From contig CAXTJM010000018.1 in assembly GCA_964244585.1 (NCBI GenBank), forward strand, positions 2,084 through 66,083: DNA of 64,000 bases. The letters run 5' to 3'. A model generated the notes under the pieces. That model saw only the letters and a program-made list of their open reading frames with translations, had not been told where the DNA came from and ran no database searches. The stretch's first letter is position 1. Each line of letters starts with the position of its first letter. This stretch comes from an uncultured Acetobacteraceae bacterium (GTDB lineage Bacteria; Pseudomonadota; Alphaproteobacteria; Acetobacterales; Acetobacteraceae). The position numbers were made by a program, and so were the translations under genes. Shown here one piece after another: positions 45,008 through 54,475 of this stretch.

Positions 45008-45319
45008 ATGCACGACAACAACACCATCACCACGCCGCGCGGGGTCACCGAACTCAAGGTCGAGCGGCCGCGCCTGCACAAGGTCATGCTGGTCAACGAC
45101 GATTTCACGCCGCGCGACTTCGTGGTGACCGTGTTGCGCGCCGAGTTCCGGTTGAGCGAAGAACAGGCCGGCCGGGTCATGACGACGGCGCATACGCGGG
45201 GCGTTTGCGTAGTGGGGGTGTTCACCCGGGATGTGGCGGAAACCAAGGCGACGAACGCCACCGACGCCGGGCGCAAGAAGGGCTATCCGCTGTTGTTCAC
45301 GACGGAGCCGGAGGAGTAG
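45008..45319 (+). CDS. clpS: N-end rule adaptor ClpS, ClpS2-type (stand-alone)
   Basis: KVMLVNDDFTPRDFV, MTTAH..G, AETK, ends LFTTEPEE; not linked to clpA. Confidence 0.92.
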   Translation: MHDNNTITTPRGVTELKVERPRLHKVMLVNDDFTPRDFVVTVLRAEFRLSEEQAGRVMTTAHTRGVCVVGVFTRDVAETKATNATDAGRKKGYPLLFTTEPEE

Positions 45320-45341
45320 TCGGCGCCGTGCCAGGACGGGC

Positions 45342-45896
45342 TTACAGGCCGAGAAGGGATTGGCGATCCCGCAACGCTGCATCCATGGCGGCGACATGGG
45401 CCTTGATGGCGGCGCCCTGCTGAACGACCCAGTCAGCGGCCTGACCGTCCAGCATGCGCCGCAGCGCGTCGGCATGACCGGTCAGCGCCATGTCGGCCTC
45501 CAGCAACCGGGCGAGCGTGTCCGCTTCCTGTCGATGCCGCTGTGCGATGCGGTCGTTCCCCGGCACAGGCAGCGAGCGGATGCGGCTGGCGAGGCCACTG
45601 ACCAGCGCCACCAGCGCCTCAAGCAGGCGTGCCTCCTGCAACGCGACGGCATCGGGGCGGGGATGCTCCCGCGACAGCGGCGGCAGATGCGCCGCGCGAT
45701 AGGCGATCTCCGCCTCTCCGATGGCCTGGCGGGCCTCGCCGAGCAGCCCGGCGACGTGGTGCCGGACTAGCAGGTCGTCCGCCCGGAGCTGGTTCTCGGC
45801 GCGATAGAAATTGTAGCCCCATCCGTAGAACAGGTTGATGGCGACCTGGGACACCGGATCCGCGCTGTAGAACTCGGGATCGCGCTCCAACGTCAC
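45342..45896 (-). CDS. Uncharacterised all-helical protein coupled to the SPFH gene
   Basis: GTGA overlap; GWGYNFYRAENQLRADDLLVR followed by amphipathic helices; biased codon usage typical of coding sequence. Confidence 0.75.
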   Translation of the reverse strand: MTLERDPEFYSADPVSQVAINLFYGWGYNFYRAENQLRADDLLVRHHVAGLLGEARQAIGEAEIAYRAAHLPPLSREHPRPDAVALQEARLLEALVALVSGLASRIRSLPVPGNDRIAQRHRQEADTLARLLEADMALTGHADALRRMLDGQAADWVVQQGAAIKAHVAAMDAALRDRQSLLGL

Positions 45897-46735
45897 TTGG
45901 CGGCGTCCAGCCCGGCTGTACGGCCCATCGGGAGGGTTCCCATGGTCTGGCCACCGATATGGAACGCTTCGCCGACGGCGGCATTCGGGGCGGAGACCAG
46001 CCCGGCCTGGGCCATGGCCATCGCCAGGTAGTATCGCACCGCCTCGAGCGGAGTGAGGCCGAACGCCTTCAGCGAGATCAACTGCCGCATGCGCTCGTCC
46101 TTCGGCAGCACCAGGATCTTCAGGTCGTTCAGCATGATGCCGTAGACCTTCAGGAATTCGGTCAGATGGGCTTTGACGCTGTCGCGCAGCTCCCCGATGC
46201 GCTCGTTGATCGATTCCAGCGGCGTGACCTGGATGACCTGGTTGATCGCCTGCTCAATCGCCGGCCCGGCATAGGCCGAAATCTCGTCCGTGTTGATGAC
46301 AGAGCCATTGAACGGCAGGTGCTGGATGAGGTCGAGCGCCTCCTGCTTGGTGTCGATGTGGATGTAATAATCCGCCTGCCACGACACCTCCGCCATTTCC
46401 GACGTCGTCGCCGTGCCGACGCTCTTCACCAGCAGCTTGGACCGGTTGATGTAGATGACTTCGTAGACCCAAGGGGACGAACCGCCGAAGAACCCCTGCG
46501 AGATGGAGCCGAACAGCGGCTTGTCGGGGGTGACGAGCGGATACTGCCCGGTCTCGTAGACCTGGAGGATGGCGCCGCGGCTCTTCAGCACGCAGAAATG
46601 GTTGCTCTCGACCGTCAGCAGCGAGCCGGAGACGATGTTCTGGTCGTCCATCATCTTCAAGGCGACATTGCTGGTGCCGAGAAGGTCGACCCCACGGCTG
46701 TCCAACGCCGTGATCACGCTTCTCGTCATCGCCAT
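45893..46735 (-). CDS. SPFH/Band-7 domain protein (YdjI-like, no N-terminal TM)
   Basis: GSLLTVESNHFCVLKSRGAILQVYETGQYPL, YEVIYIN, YGIMLNDLKILV patterns. Confidence 0.75.
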   Translation of the reverse strand: MAMTRSVITALDSRGVDLLGTSNVALKMMDDQNIVSGSLLTVESNHFCVLKSRGAILQVYETGQYPLVTPDKPLFGSISQGFFGGSSPWVYEVIYINRSKLLVKSVGTATTSEMAEVSWQADYYIHIDTKQEALDLIQHLPFNGSVINTDEISAYAGPAIEQAINQVIQVTPLESINERIGELRDSVKAHLTEFLKVYGIMLNDLKILVLPKDERMRQLISLKAFGLTPLEAVRYYLAMAMAQAGLVSAPNAAVGEAFHIGGQTMGTLPMGRTAGLDAAK

Positions 46736-46824
46736 GGTGCAGCCTTTCGAATGCCGTTTGTGGCAGGCATGACACGGTAATCCTGCACCTCCGGCTGCGC
46801 CAGCCAGCCGTCACGGCAGGCCGC

Positions 46825-47601
46825 CTATCGTGCGACGAGGGCCAACACGCGGCACGGACTGCCGGAGCCGGCGGCGATCTTCAGCGGCGGCGTGATCAGC
46901 AGCGCGCCCGTGACGGGCAACTGGTCCAAATTGGCCAGGCTGGCCAGACCGAACTTGCCGGCGCCGTGCATGATGGTGTGACAGGGGAACGCCGGGTCGA
47001 AGCTGTGCGCCGCACCGGCATCCGTGCCGACGCATTCCGTGCCGAAACCGGCCACGTCGCGTTCCAGCGCCAGGAAGCGCACGCACTCCGCGTCCGGGCC
47101 CGGCGTCTGCGGCCCGGCGGCACCGATGTTCAGGAACGCCTCGCCGGTCCGCTTGGACCAGCCGGAGCGCAGCAGCAGCCAGGCCCCGGCAGGCACCCGG
47201 CCGTGCTCGCCTTCCCATTGCTGCATCCGCGCCCGCGTCAGCAGGAAGCCGGCATCGGCGGCACACTCCGCCTCCACATCCACGACGCAAGCCGGGGCGA
47301 CCAGGCGGCCGGGCGGGATGGTGTCCGTCGTGTTGTCCGGCTGCTCACGCCCGCTGATCCAATGCACGGGAGCGTCGAAATGCGTGCCGGTGTGCTCACC
47401 CAGGCTGATGTCGTTCCAGTACCAGCCCGGCCCGGCCTCGTCATAGGCGGAGATGCGGGTCATCCGGAACGGCGAGGATTGCGCGAAGGGCGGCGGCAGG
47501 CCGATCACCGGCGTATCGGGCGACAGCGGCTGGGACAGATCGACCACGCGGACGGACCCGGAGGCGAGTGCCCCGATCAACGAGGACAGCACGTCGGCCA
47601 T
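46825..47601 (-). CDS. Cyclase/kynurenine formamidase-like metallohydrolase
   Basis: VVDLSQPL, GEHTGTHFDAPVHW (HxGTHxDxPxH), LLLRSGW, PLKIAAGSGSP.R. Confidence 0.92.
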   Translation of the reverse strand: MADVLSSLIGALASGSVRVVDLSQPLSPDTPVIGLPPPFAQSSPFRMTRISAYDEAGPGWYWNDISLGEHTGTHFDAPVHWISGREQPDNTTDTIPPGRLVAPACVVDVEAECAADAGFLLTRARMQQWEGEHGRVPAGAWLLLRSGWSKRTGEAFLNIGAAGPQTPGPDAECVRFLALERDVAGFGTECVGTDAGAAHSFDPAFPCHTIMHGAGKFGLASLANLDQLPVTGALLITPPLKIAAGSGSPCRVLALVAR

Positions 47602-47728
47602 ATCCACTCTCCGCTCTGACGGGTGCCAGCTTGGAACAAGATGCTTTAGGTGTGAAGCAGTTTCTTCCAGAGGCGATACCGACGTGCTTAACTGCGGCCA
47701 CCATATCCGCCGCCATCCGGAGTGTCCC

Positions 47729-48496
47729 ATGAACGAAGTGTCGCCGTTGCACATCCCCGCCGGGCATCGCTGGAGCGATGCGGAATGGGCGCTGCGGGTC
47801 CAGCTGGCCGAGTGTTACCACGCCATCGATTACCTCGGCTGGACCGAGATGATGATCTTCAACCACATCTCCGTACGGCTGCCTGGCGATCAGACGCACT
47901 ACCTGGTGAACCCGTTCGGGCTGACCTACGACGAGGTCACGCCGAAGAACCTGCTGAAGGTCGATCTGGCCGGCAACCTGGTCGAGCCGTCCGAGTACAA
48001 GGCCAACCCCGCCGGCTTCGCCCTGCACAGCGCCATCCACGGCGCACGGCACGACGCGCATTGCGTGATCCACACCCACACCAATGCCGTGTCGGCCATC
48101 GCGCTCAAACAGGGCGGCCTGGGGCACGACGATTTCTACGGCGCGCAACTGTTCGGCCGGGTGGGCTACCATCCGTTCGAGGGCATCACGCTCTGGGCCG
48201 AGGAAAAGGAGCGCATGCTGGCAAGCCTGGGCGACAAGGACGTGCTGGTGCTGCGCAACCACGGTGTCGCCGTATGCGGGGCGGACATTCCGAAGGCGTT
48301 CATGCTGCTGTGGACCGTGCAGCGCGCTGCCGAGATCCAGTGCCATGCCGGCATGCTGCCGGGGCCGAACATGGAGATCAGCGACACGGTGCGCCAGCAT
48401 TGCGCCGACACGGCGGCGCGGCTGGTGGGGGCGGATGCCTTCGCGACCAAGGTGTTCGACGCCACCGTGCGCAAGATGCGCGCGGCGCGGGGATAG
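47729..48496 (+). CDS. Class II aldolase/adducin family protein (copy 1)
   Basis: FNHISVR, LVNPFGLTYDEVT, LHSAIHGAR, VIHTHT, LRNHG. Confidence 0.92.
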   Translation: MNEVSPLHIPAGHRWSDAEWALRVQLAECYHAIDYLGWTEMMIFNHISVRLPGDQTHYLVNPFGLTYDEVTPKNLLKVDLAGNLVEPSEYKANPAGFALHSAIHGARHDAHCVIHTHTNAVSAIALKQGGLGHDDFYGAQLFGRVGYHPFEGITLWAEEKERMLASLGDKDVLVLRNHGVAVCGADIPKAFMLLWTVQRAAEIQCHAGMLPGPNMEISDTVRQHCADTAARLVGADAFATKVFDATVRKMRAARG

Positions 48497-49270
48497 TCAG
48501 TCCGCGAAGGCGGGCTCTTCGCGCAGCAGCACCCGCTTGATGCTCTCCAGATGCAGCCGGGCGCCCTCGCCATCCGCCTGGCGCATCTGGCGGGCGGTCG
48601 CCTCGGCCATGGCAGGGGAGACCGGCTTCAATGTACGGCCGCTGCTCTCGGCCAGCCACTGCGCCTGGGCGGCTCGTTCCAGGTAGTAGAGATCGTCCCA
48701 GGCCGCCGCGATGGATGGGCCGGTCACCAGCACGCCGTGGTTGCGCATGAAGGCGATGTCGGCGTCTCCCATGGCGGCGGCGATGCGGTCCCCCTCCGTG
48801 CCGTCGAGCGCCAGGCCGTTATAGTCCTCGTCCACAACGGTGCGGCCGTAGAATTTCAGCGCGGTCTGCCCGGCCCAGACCAGCGGCGGACCCTCCAACA
48901 TCGCGAGCGCGGTCGCATACGGCATGTGGGTGTGGAACGCCGCCGCCGCCCGCGGATTGCGCATGTGCAGGCGGGCATGGATGAAGAACGCCGTTGCCTC
49001 CGGCACGCCCTCGCCGGCCACCACACCGCCCTCGAAGTCGCAGACCAACAGGCGGGATGCCGTGATCTCCCCGAACGCCCAGCCATAAGGGTTGACCAGG
49101 AACAGGTCCGGCCGGCCCGGCACGACGGCGGAGAAGTGGTTGCAGATGCCCTCCTGCAGCCCGAGCCGCGCCGCCATGCGGAAGCACGCGGCCAGGTCGA
49201 CCCGCGCCTGCTGCACCGCCGGGTCGTCCAGCGTGCTGTTGCGGCGGATAGCGGGGAGCGATTGTGCCAT
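48497..49270 (-). CDS. Class II aldolase/adducin family protein (copy 2)
   Basis: CNHFSA, FLVNPYG, FFIHARLH, FHTHMPYAT, FMRNHG. Confidence 0.92.
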   Translation of the reverse strand: MAQSLPAIRRNSTLDDPAVQQARVDLAACFRMAARLGLQEGICNHFSAVVPGRPDLFLVNPYGWAFGEITASRLLVCDFEGGVVAGEGVPEATAFFIHARLHMRNPRAAAAFHTHMPYATALAMLEGPPLVWAGQTALKFYGRTVVDEDYNGLALDGTEGDRIAAAMGDADIAFMRNHGVLVTGPSIAAAWDDLYYLERAAQAQWLAESSGRTLKPVSPAMAEATARQMRQADGEGARLHLESIKRVLLREEPAFAD

Positions 49271-49346
49271 GCGAGCCTCCACCAGCTTGATCCCCGGCAC
49301 GGCGTGTGCTCGGGACAGCACCATCCTGCCACCGTTGGGGACCTGC

Positions 49347-50366
49347 ATGCCAACCCTGTTCGTGACCTCGCCCCTGGAACCCGAATACGCCAGGCGCATG
49401 GCCGGCCTGGACTTGCGCCTGACGGTGGTCCACGAGCCGGATCTGCTGCCGGTGCCGCGTTTCCCGGGCGACCATACCGGCGGTCCGTTCACGCGCGACC
49501 CGGCGCAGCAGGCACGATGGCAGGCGAGGCTGGCGGAGGCGGACATCCTGTGGGGCGTTCCCACCCCTGCGGACGCCGCCCACGCCACCCGGTTGCGCTG
49601 GATCCAGGGCACCAGCACCGGCGTCGGCCCGGCAGCGGCGCGGCTCAACCGGCCGGACGTGCTGGTCACCACCGCCCGCGGCGTGCATGCCCGCCCGCTG
49701 GCGGAGTTCGTGTTCATGGCGTTGCTGGCGCATGTCCGCGACCTGGCGCATTTGCAGGCGGACCAGGCGGCCCATCGCTGGACTCGCGGCTGCGTGGCGG
49801 AAATCGCGGGCAAGACGCTGGTCATCCTGGGCGCCGGCGACCTGGCCCGCGGCTGCGCCCGCATCGCCCGTGCGCTGGACATGCGGGTGGTCGCCGTAAC
49901 CCGCGACCCGGCCCGCGACCGCGACCATGCCGCGTTGTTCGACGCGGTCATACCGGTCACCCAATTGCATGCGGCGATGCGCCAGGCCGACGCCTTCGTC
50001 ATCACCGTCCCGCACACGCCCTTGACCGATCGGATGGTGGACGCCGCGGCGCTGGCCTGCCTGCCGCGTGGCGCCGCCCTGGTGAATATCGGCCGCGGCC
50101 TGGTGATGGACGAGCCGGCGCTGATCGCGGCGCTGCGCTCCGGCCAGGTGGGCTACGCGGCGTTGGACGTCACCGCCATCGAGCCGCTGCCGGCGGACAG
50201 CCCGCTATGGGACATGCCGAACGTGCTGATCAGCCCGCACTCCGCCAGCACGGTGGCAACGGAGAACGGGCAGATCGTCGACATCTTCGCCCATAACCTG
50301 CAATGCTGGCTGGATGGCCGCGTAGCGGACATGCGCAACCTGCTGGATGTGGCCAGGCTGTATTGA
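49347..50366 (+). CDS. D-2-hydroxyacid dehydrogenase family protein
   Basis: ILGAGDLA, VPHTPLT, VNIGRG, ALDVTAIEPL, ISPHSA. Confidence 0.92.
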   Translation: MPTLFVTSPLEPEYARRMAGLDLRLTVVHEPDLLPVPRFPGDHTGGPFTRDPAQQARWQARLAEADILWGVPTPADAAHATRLRWIQGTSTGVGPAAARLNRPDVLVTTARGVHARPLAEFVFMALLAHVRDLAHLQADQAAHRWTRGCVAEIAGKTLVILGAGDLARGCARIARALDMRVVAVTRDPARDRDHAALFDAVIPVTQLHAAMRQADAFVITVPHTPLTDRMVDAAALACLPRGAALVNIGRGLVMDEPALIAALRSGQVGYAALDVTAIEPLPADSPLWDMPNVLISPHSASTVATENGQIVDIFAHNLQCWLDGRVADMRNLLDVARLY

Positions 50367-50370
50367 GCGC

Positions 50371-51162
50371 TCAGCGCTCCCGCGTGTAGTCCATGGCGCA
50401 ATAGGCGCCACCCTGGTGCAGTTCGACGACCGGGTCGTCCGTGACCTTGCCGGTCATGGCGTCGGCGAAGATGTCCGCCGTGTCCTGCGGCACCCAATCC
50501 AGCTCGGCCCGTGCGTCGTCGCGCCACCAGCTTCGGGCATTGGCGGAGTTGCCCCATACGATGCAGCAGCCGGTCCGCTCCGCCTCGATGCAGCGCACCA
50601 TGAGCCGGGCGAGGTCGGCATAGGACAGCCAGGTGGCCAGCATCCGCTCATCCACCGGCGCAGGGAAGGACGACCCAATGCGAACGGAGACGTTCTCCAC
50701 CCCATGCTTTTCCCAATACAGGCCGCCCATCAGCTCGCCGTAGGCCTTGGACAGGCCGTAGAAGCTGTCCGGCCGCAACGCGCAACCAGCGTCGAGCGGC
50801 GTCTCGCGCGGGTGGAAGCCGATGGCATGGTTGGACGAGGCGAACACCACCCGCGCCTTGGCCATGCGCGCCGCCTCGTAGACGGTGTGCAGGCCGACGA
50901 TGTTGGGCCCCAGCACCGTCTCGAACGGCTTTTCCGTCGACACTCCGCCGAAATGCAGGATGGTGCGGCAGCCTGCCGCAAGCGCGGCGATGGCCGGACC
51001 ATCGGCCAGGTCGGCCTGGATGAAGGCAGCGCCCGGCGGGAGCGTATCCGGAAACGCCGCGATATCGGTGAGGCGCAGGGTATAGCCTGCCTCCCCCAGG
51101 ATGCGGGTGAGTTGGCGGCCAAGCCCGCCCGAGGCGCCCGTGAGCAGAACCGGTGCCGTCAT
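50371..51162 (-). CDS. NAD-dependent epimerase/dehydratase, uronate dehydrogenase-like
   Basis: LTGASGGLG, VFASSNHAIG, RPDSFYGLSK, VRIGS, WLSY.D. Confidence 0.85.
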   Translation of the reverse strand: MTAPVLLTGASGGLGRQLTRILGEAGYTLRLTDIAAFPDTLPPGAAFIQADLADGPAIAALAAGCRTILHFGGVSTEKPFETVLGPNIVGLHTVYEAARMAKARVVFASSNHAIGFHPRETPLDAGCALRPDSFYGLSKAYGELMGGLYWEKHGVENVSVRIGSSFPAPVDERMLATWLSYADLARLMVRCIEAERTGCCIVWGNSANARSWWRDDARAELDWVPQDTADIFADAMTGKVTDDPVVELHQGGAYCAMDYTRER

Positions 51163-51169
51163 GGTGATT

Positions 51170-52477
51170 TCATTCCCCTCGCCTGCGCGCCTTCAGCATG
51201 GCCCAGTAGTCCAGCCGCTTGCGGATGTCGCGTTCAAACCCGCGTTCGTTGGGCTGGTAGAAACCCGGCTCCTGCCGTTGCGCCAGCGCCTCCGGCAAGA
51301 ACTCCTGCGCACCGTAGGCATCCGGCTCGTCATGGTCGTATCGATACCCGGCATGATAGCCCATTTCGCGCATCAGCGCGGTCGGCGCATTCAGGATGTT
51401 CAGCGGTGGCGGCAGGTCGGACGTGCGCTCCGCCACGCCGAGCGCCTGCATGAAGCCGAGATAGGACGCGTTGCTCTTCGGCGCCGTGGCCACGTAGGTG
51501 ACCGCCTGCGCCATGAACAGCCGGGCTTCCGGCCATCCCACGCGCTCATAGGCGTCCCACGCCATCAGGACCTGCACCATGGCCTGCGGATCGGCCATGC
51601 CCACGTCCTCGGAAGCGGCGCAGACCAGGCGGCGGAACACCGTCTCCGGTGCTTCGCCGGCCACCATCATCCGGGCGGCGTAGTACAGCGCCGCGTTCAC
51701 GTCCGAGCCGCGCAGCGATTTGTGGAAGGCGCTGAGCAGGTCGTAATGCCCATCCCCGGCCTTGTCATGGACCGCCACGCGCCGTTGCAACACCTGCGCC
51801 AGCCCGGCCATGTCGAGCGGTGCGGCGGCGGCAAGCGTCTCCAGCTGTTCGGCCATGTTGAGCAGGTAGCGACCATCGCCGCCGGCCATGGCGATCATCG
51901 CCTGGCGCGCGTCCGGCTGCAGCGGCAGGTCGTGGCCGACATGGGCCTCCGCCCGGCGCAGCAACTGCTCCAGCGCCGCTTCGTCCAGGCGCCGCAGCAC
52001 GAAGACCCGGCAGCGCGACAGCAGTGCGCCGTTCAACTCGAACGAGGGGTTCTCGGTCGTGGCACCCACCAGGATGATGGTGCCGTCTTCCACCACGGGC
52101 AGGAAGCTATCCTGCTGCCCGCGGTTGAACCGGTGGATTTCGTCACAGAACAGCAGCGTGCCGCCACCCGCCTCGCGCCGTCGCCGTGCGGCATCCCACA
52201 GCTTGCGCAGGTCTGCCACGCCGCTTTGGATCGCGCTAATCGCCTCGAAATGCAGTTCGGTCTGCCGGGCCAGGAGACGGGCGATGGTGGTCTTCCCCGT
52301 GCCCGGCGGTCCCCACAGGATCATGGAGGAAAGGGCACGGCCCGCGACCATGCGGCCCAGCGGCGCGTCCGCCGCCAGCAGATGCCGCTGTCCTACGACA
52401 TCCGCGATGTCGGCCGGGCGCAGCCGGTCGGCCAGTGGCCGGGTATCCTGGTCGGAAAACAGCGATGGCGCCGCCAC
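51170..52477 (-). CDS. rarA: Replication-associated recombination protein A (RarA/MgsA)
   Basis: PLADRLRP, WGPPGTGKTT, DEIHRFN, GATTENPSF, SAFHKSLRGSD, ASEDVG.A, APKSN. Confidence 0.96.
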   Translation of the reverse strand: MAAPSLFSDQDTRPLADRLRPADIADVVGQRHLLAADAPLGRMVAGRALSSMILWGPPGTGKTTIARLLARQTELHFEAISAIQSGVADLRKLWDAARRRREAGGGTLLFCDEIHRFNRGQQDSFLPVVEDGTIILVGATTENPSFELNGALLSRCRVFVLRRLDEAALEQLLRRAEAHVGHDLPLQPDARQAMIAMAGGDGRYLLNMAEQLETLAAAAPLDMAGLAQVLQRRVAVHDKAGDGHYDLLSAFHKSLRGSDVNAALYYAARMMVAGEAPETVFRRLVCAASEDVGMADPQAMVQVLMAWDAYERVGWPEARLFMAQAVTYVATAPKSNASYLGFMQALGVAERTSDLPPPLNILNAPTALMREMGYHAGYRYDHDEPDAYGAQEFLPEALAQRQEPGFYQPNERGFERDIRKRLDYWAMLKARRRGE

Positions 52478-52486
52478 GCGCCCGTC

Positions 52487-52948
52487 TCAGGAAATGGCGG
52501 CGGTGCAGGCCGGACCTTGATGCACCGTTGCGACCGCCCGATCCGTCTCATCCTCCAGGGTGAACAGAACGTCGCCCAAGGTCAGCGCAGCCAACCGTGC
52601 GTTGTCATACCCGTCCAATGTGCCGCCATTGTCGATCGGGTGGGTGGATGGCGCGCCGTTCGCGCCCTGCTTCAGCAGCTTGCCGCACAGGGTGAAGCCG
52701 AGTTGCGACTGCAGGGGGATGGTGGCAACGAAACTGTCGTCGGGATGGCCGACATAGACGTGCAACGTACCGGCCAGCACGCCTGCGAAGTAGACCGCGA
52801 TGGTTTCTTCCTGTTGCTCGCTACCCAGATGATCGATGACCGTGACGGTCGTGCGACGCAAACTAGGGCCCGGTGGCGGCTGCGCCGCGGCGTTGCCGGC
52901 CAGCGCCATCCCGGCCGCGACGAGCGCCGCGCGACCGGGATGGCGCAT
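52487..52948 (-). CDS. Secreted hypothetical protein
   Basis: Signal peptide (RAALVAAGMALAGNAAA), beta-rich body, two Cys; 4 nt after rplQ and 9 nt before rarA. Confidence 0.7.
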   Translation of the reverse strand: MRHPGRAALVAAGMALAGNAAAQPPPGPSLRRTTVTVIDHLGSEQQEETIAVYFAGVLAGTLHVYVGHPDDSFVATIPLQSQLGFTLCGKLLKQGANGAPSTHPIDNGGTLDGYDNARLAALTLGDVLFTLEDETDRAVATVHQGPACTAAIS

Positions 52949-52952
52949 CGCG

Positions 52953-53369
52953 TCAGGCTGCCTGGTCGGCCAACTCGGGGCGGGGACCGCTATCCTGCCC
53001 CTTGGCTGCCGGATCACGCTCCACCAATTCGATCACTGCCATGTCGGCGGCATCGCCGTAGCGCATCCCCGCCTTCAGGACGCGCGTGTAGCCGCCGGGC
53101 CGTGCTTTGTAGCGGGTCGCCAGCGCATCGAACAGCTTGGCGACGATCTTTTCGTCCCGCAACTGTGCATAGGCCTGGCGGCGCGCATGCAGCCCGCCGC
53201 GTTTACCAAGGGTGATCAGCTTTTCCGCCACGGGCCGCAGTTCCTTGGCCTTCGGCAGTGTGGTGGTGATCTGTTCGTGCTTCAGCAACGCGACGGCCAT
53301 GTTGCGGAACATGGCGAAGCGGTGGCTGGTCGTAACACTGAGCTTGCGGCCGCTCACACCATGACGCAT
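52953..53369 (-). CDS. rplQ: 50S ribosomal protein L17
   Basis: [27 protein letters not shown]. Confidence 0.98.
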   Translation of the reverse strand: MRHGVSGRKLSVTTSHRFAMFRNMAVALLKHEQITTTLPKAKELRPVAEKLITLGKRGGLHARRQAYAQLRDEKIVAKLFDALATRYKARPGGYTRVLKAGMRYGDAADMAVIELVERDPAAKGQDSGPRPELADQAA

Positions 53370-53381
53370 CTGCTTGCTTCC

Positions 53382-54401
53382 TTAAAAAGGCTCGTCCAGC
53401 CGCTTGGCCAGGTCTTCAATGTTCTCAGGCGGCCAGCCCGGAACGGTGATGCCGAGGGTGAGGCCCATATTGGTCAACACCTCCTTGATCTCGTTCAGCG
53501 ACTTGCGGCCGAAGTTTGGCGTCCGGAGCATCTCTTGCTCGGATTTCTGCACCAGGTCGCCGATATAGACGATATTGTCGTTCTTCAGGCAGTTCGCCGA
53601 ACGAACCGATAGCTCCAACTCGTCCACCTTGCGCAACAGGTTGCGGTTGAACGGCAGGTCGTCATGATGCTCCTCCGCGCGAAGCTGCTGTGGCTCATCG
53701 AAATTGATGAACAACTGCAACTGGTCCTGCAAGATGCGCGCGGCCAACGCCACGGCATCTTCCGGGGTGACCGCCCCGTTGGTCTCCACCGAAAGCAGCA
53801 GCTTGTCGAAGTTGGTCAGGTTGCCGACGCGCGTGGGCTCCACTCGGTAGGACACCCGGCGGACCGGGGAATAGATGCTGTCCACGGGAATGAGCCCGAT
53901 CGGCGCGTCTTCCGGTCGGTTGCTGCTGGCGGGTTCGTACCCCTTGCCCAGGTTGACCGTGAATTCCATCCCGAGCTTCACGCCATCGTCTAGCGTGCAC
54001 AGCACAAGTTCGGGGTTCATGATGTCGATGTCGTGCCCGGCCTGGATCTGGCCGGCCTTCACCTCGCCGGGCCCGGTGGCGGTGAGCACCATGCGCTTCG
54101 GGCCGTCGCCATGCATGCGCAACGCCAATTGCTTCACGTTCAACACGATGTCGGTCACGTCTTCCCGAACGCCCGCAATGGTGCTGAACTCATGCAGCAC
54201 GCCATCGATCTGCACGGCGGTAACGGCGGCGCCTTGCAGGGAGGACAGCAGAATGCGTCGAATGGCGTTGCCGAGGGTCATGCCGAAGCCACGCTCCAGC
54301 GGCTCTGCCACGACCAGGGCAGTGCGTGACGGGTCCGAACCCGGCTCGAATTCCAACTTCTCCGGTTTGATCAGCGACTGCCAATTGCGCTGCATGACCA
54401 A
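53382..54401 (-). CDS. rpoA: RNA polymerase alpha subunit
   Basis: [41 protein letters not shown]; start uncertain (TTG 54401, ATG 54395 or 54416). Confidence 0.98.
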   Translation of the reverse strand: MVMQRNWQSLIKPEKLEFEPGSDPSRTALVVAEPLERGFGMTLGNAIRRILLSSLQGAAVTAVQIDGVLHEFSTIAGVREDVTDIVLNVKQLALRMHGDGPKRMVLTATGPGEVKAGQIQAGHDIDIMNPELVLCTLDDGVKLGMEFTVNLGKGYEPASSNRPEDAPIGLIPVDSIYSPVRRVSYRVEPTRVGNLTNFDKLLLSVETNGAVTPEDAVALAARILQDQLQLFINFDEPQQLRAEEHHDDLPFNRNLLRKVDELELSVRSANCLKNDNIVYIGDLVQKSEQEMLRTPNFGRKSLNEIKEVLTNMGLTLGITVPGWPPENIEDLAKRLDEPF

Positions 54402-54475
54402 TGTGTCGTTTCTCATGTCAATTCGGGCCCGCGTCATGGACGCGGGACCCGCCTTTCATCGAATGCGGTCCGGAT

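Noticed and set aside
51101-53215. 704-aa plus-strand ORF
   Set aside because: Antisense to rarA, the secreted ORF and rplQ; no recognisable domain.
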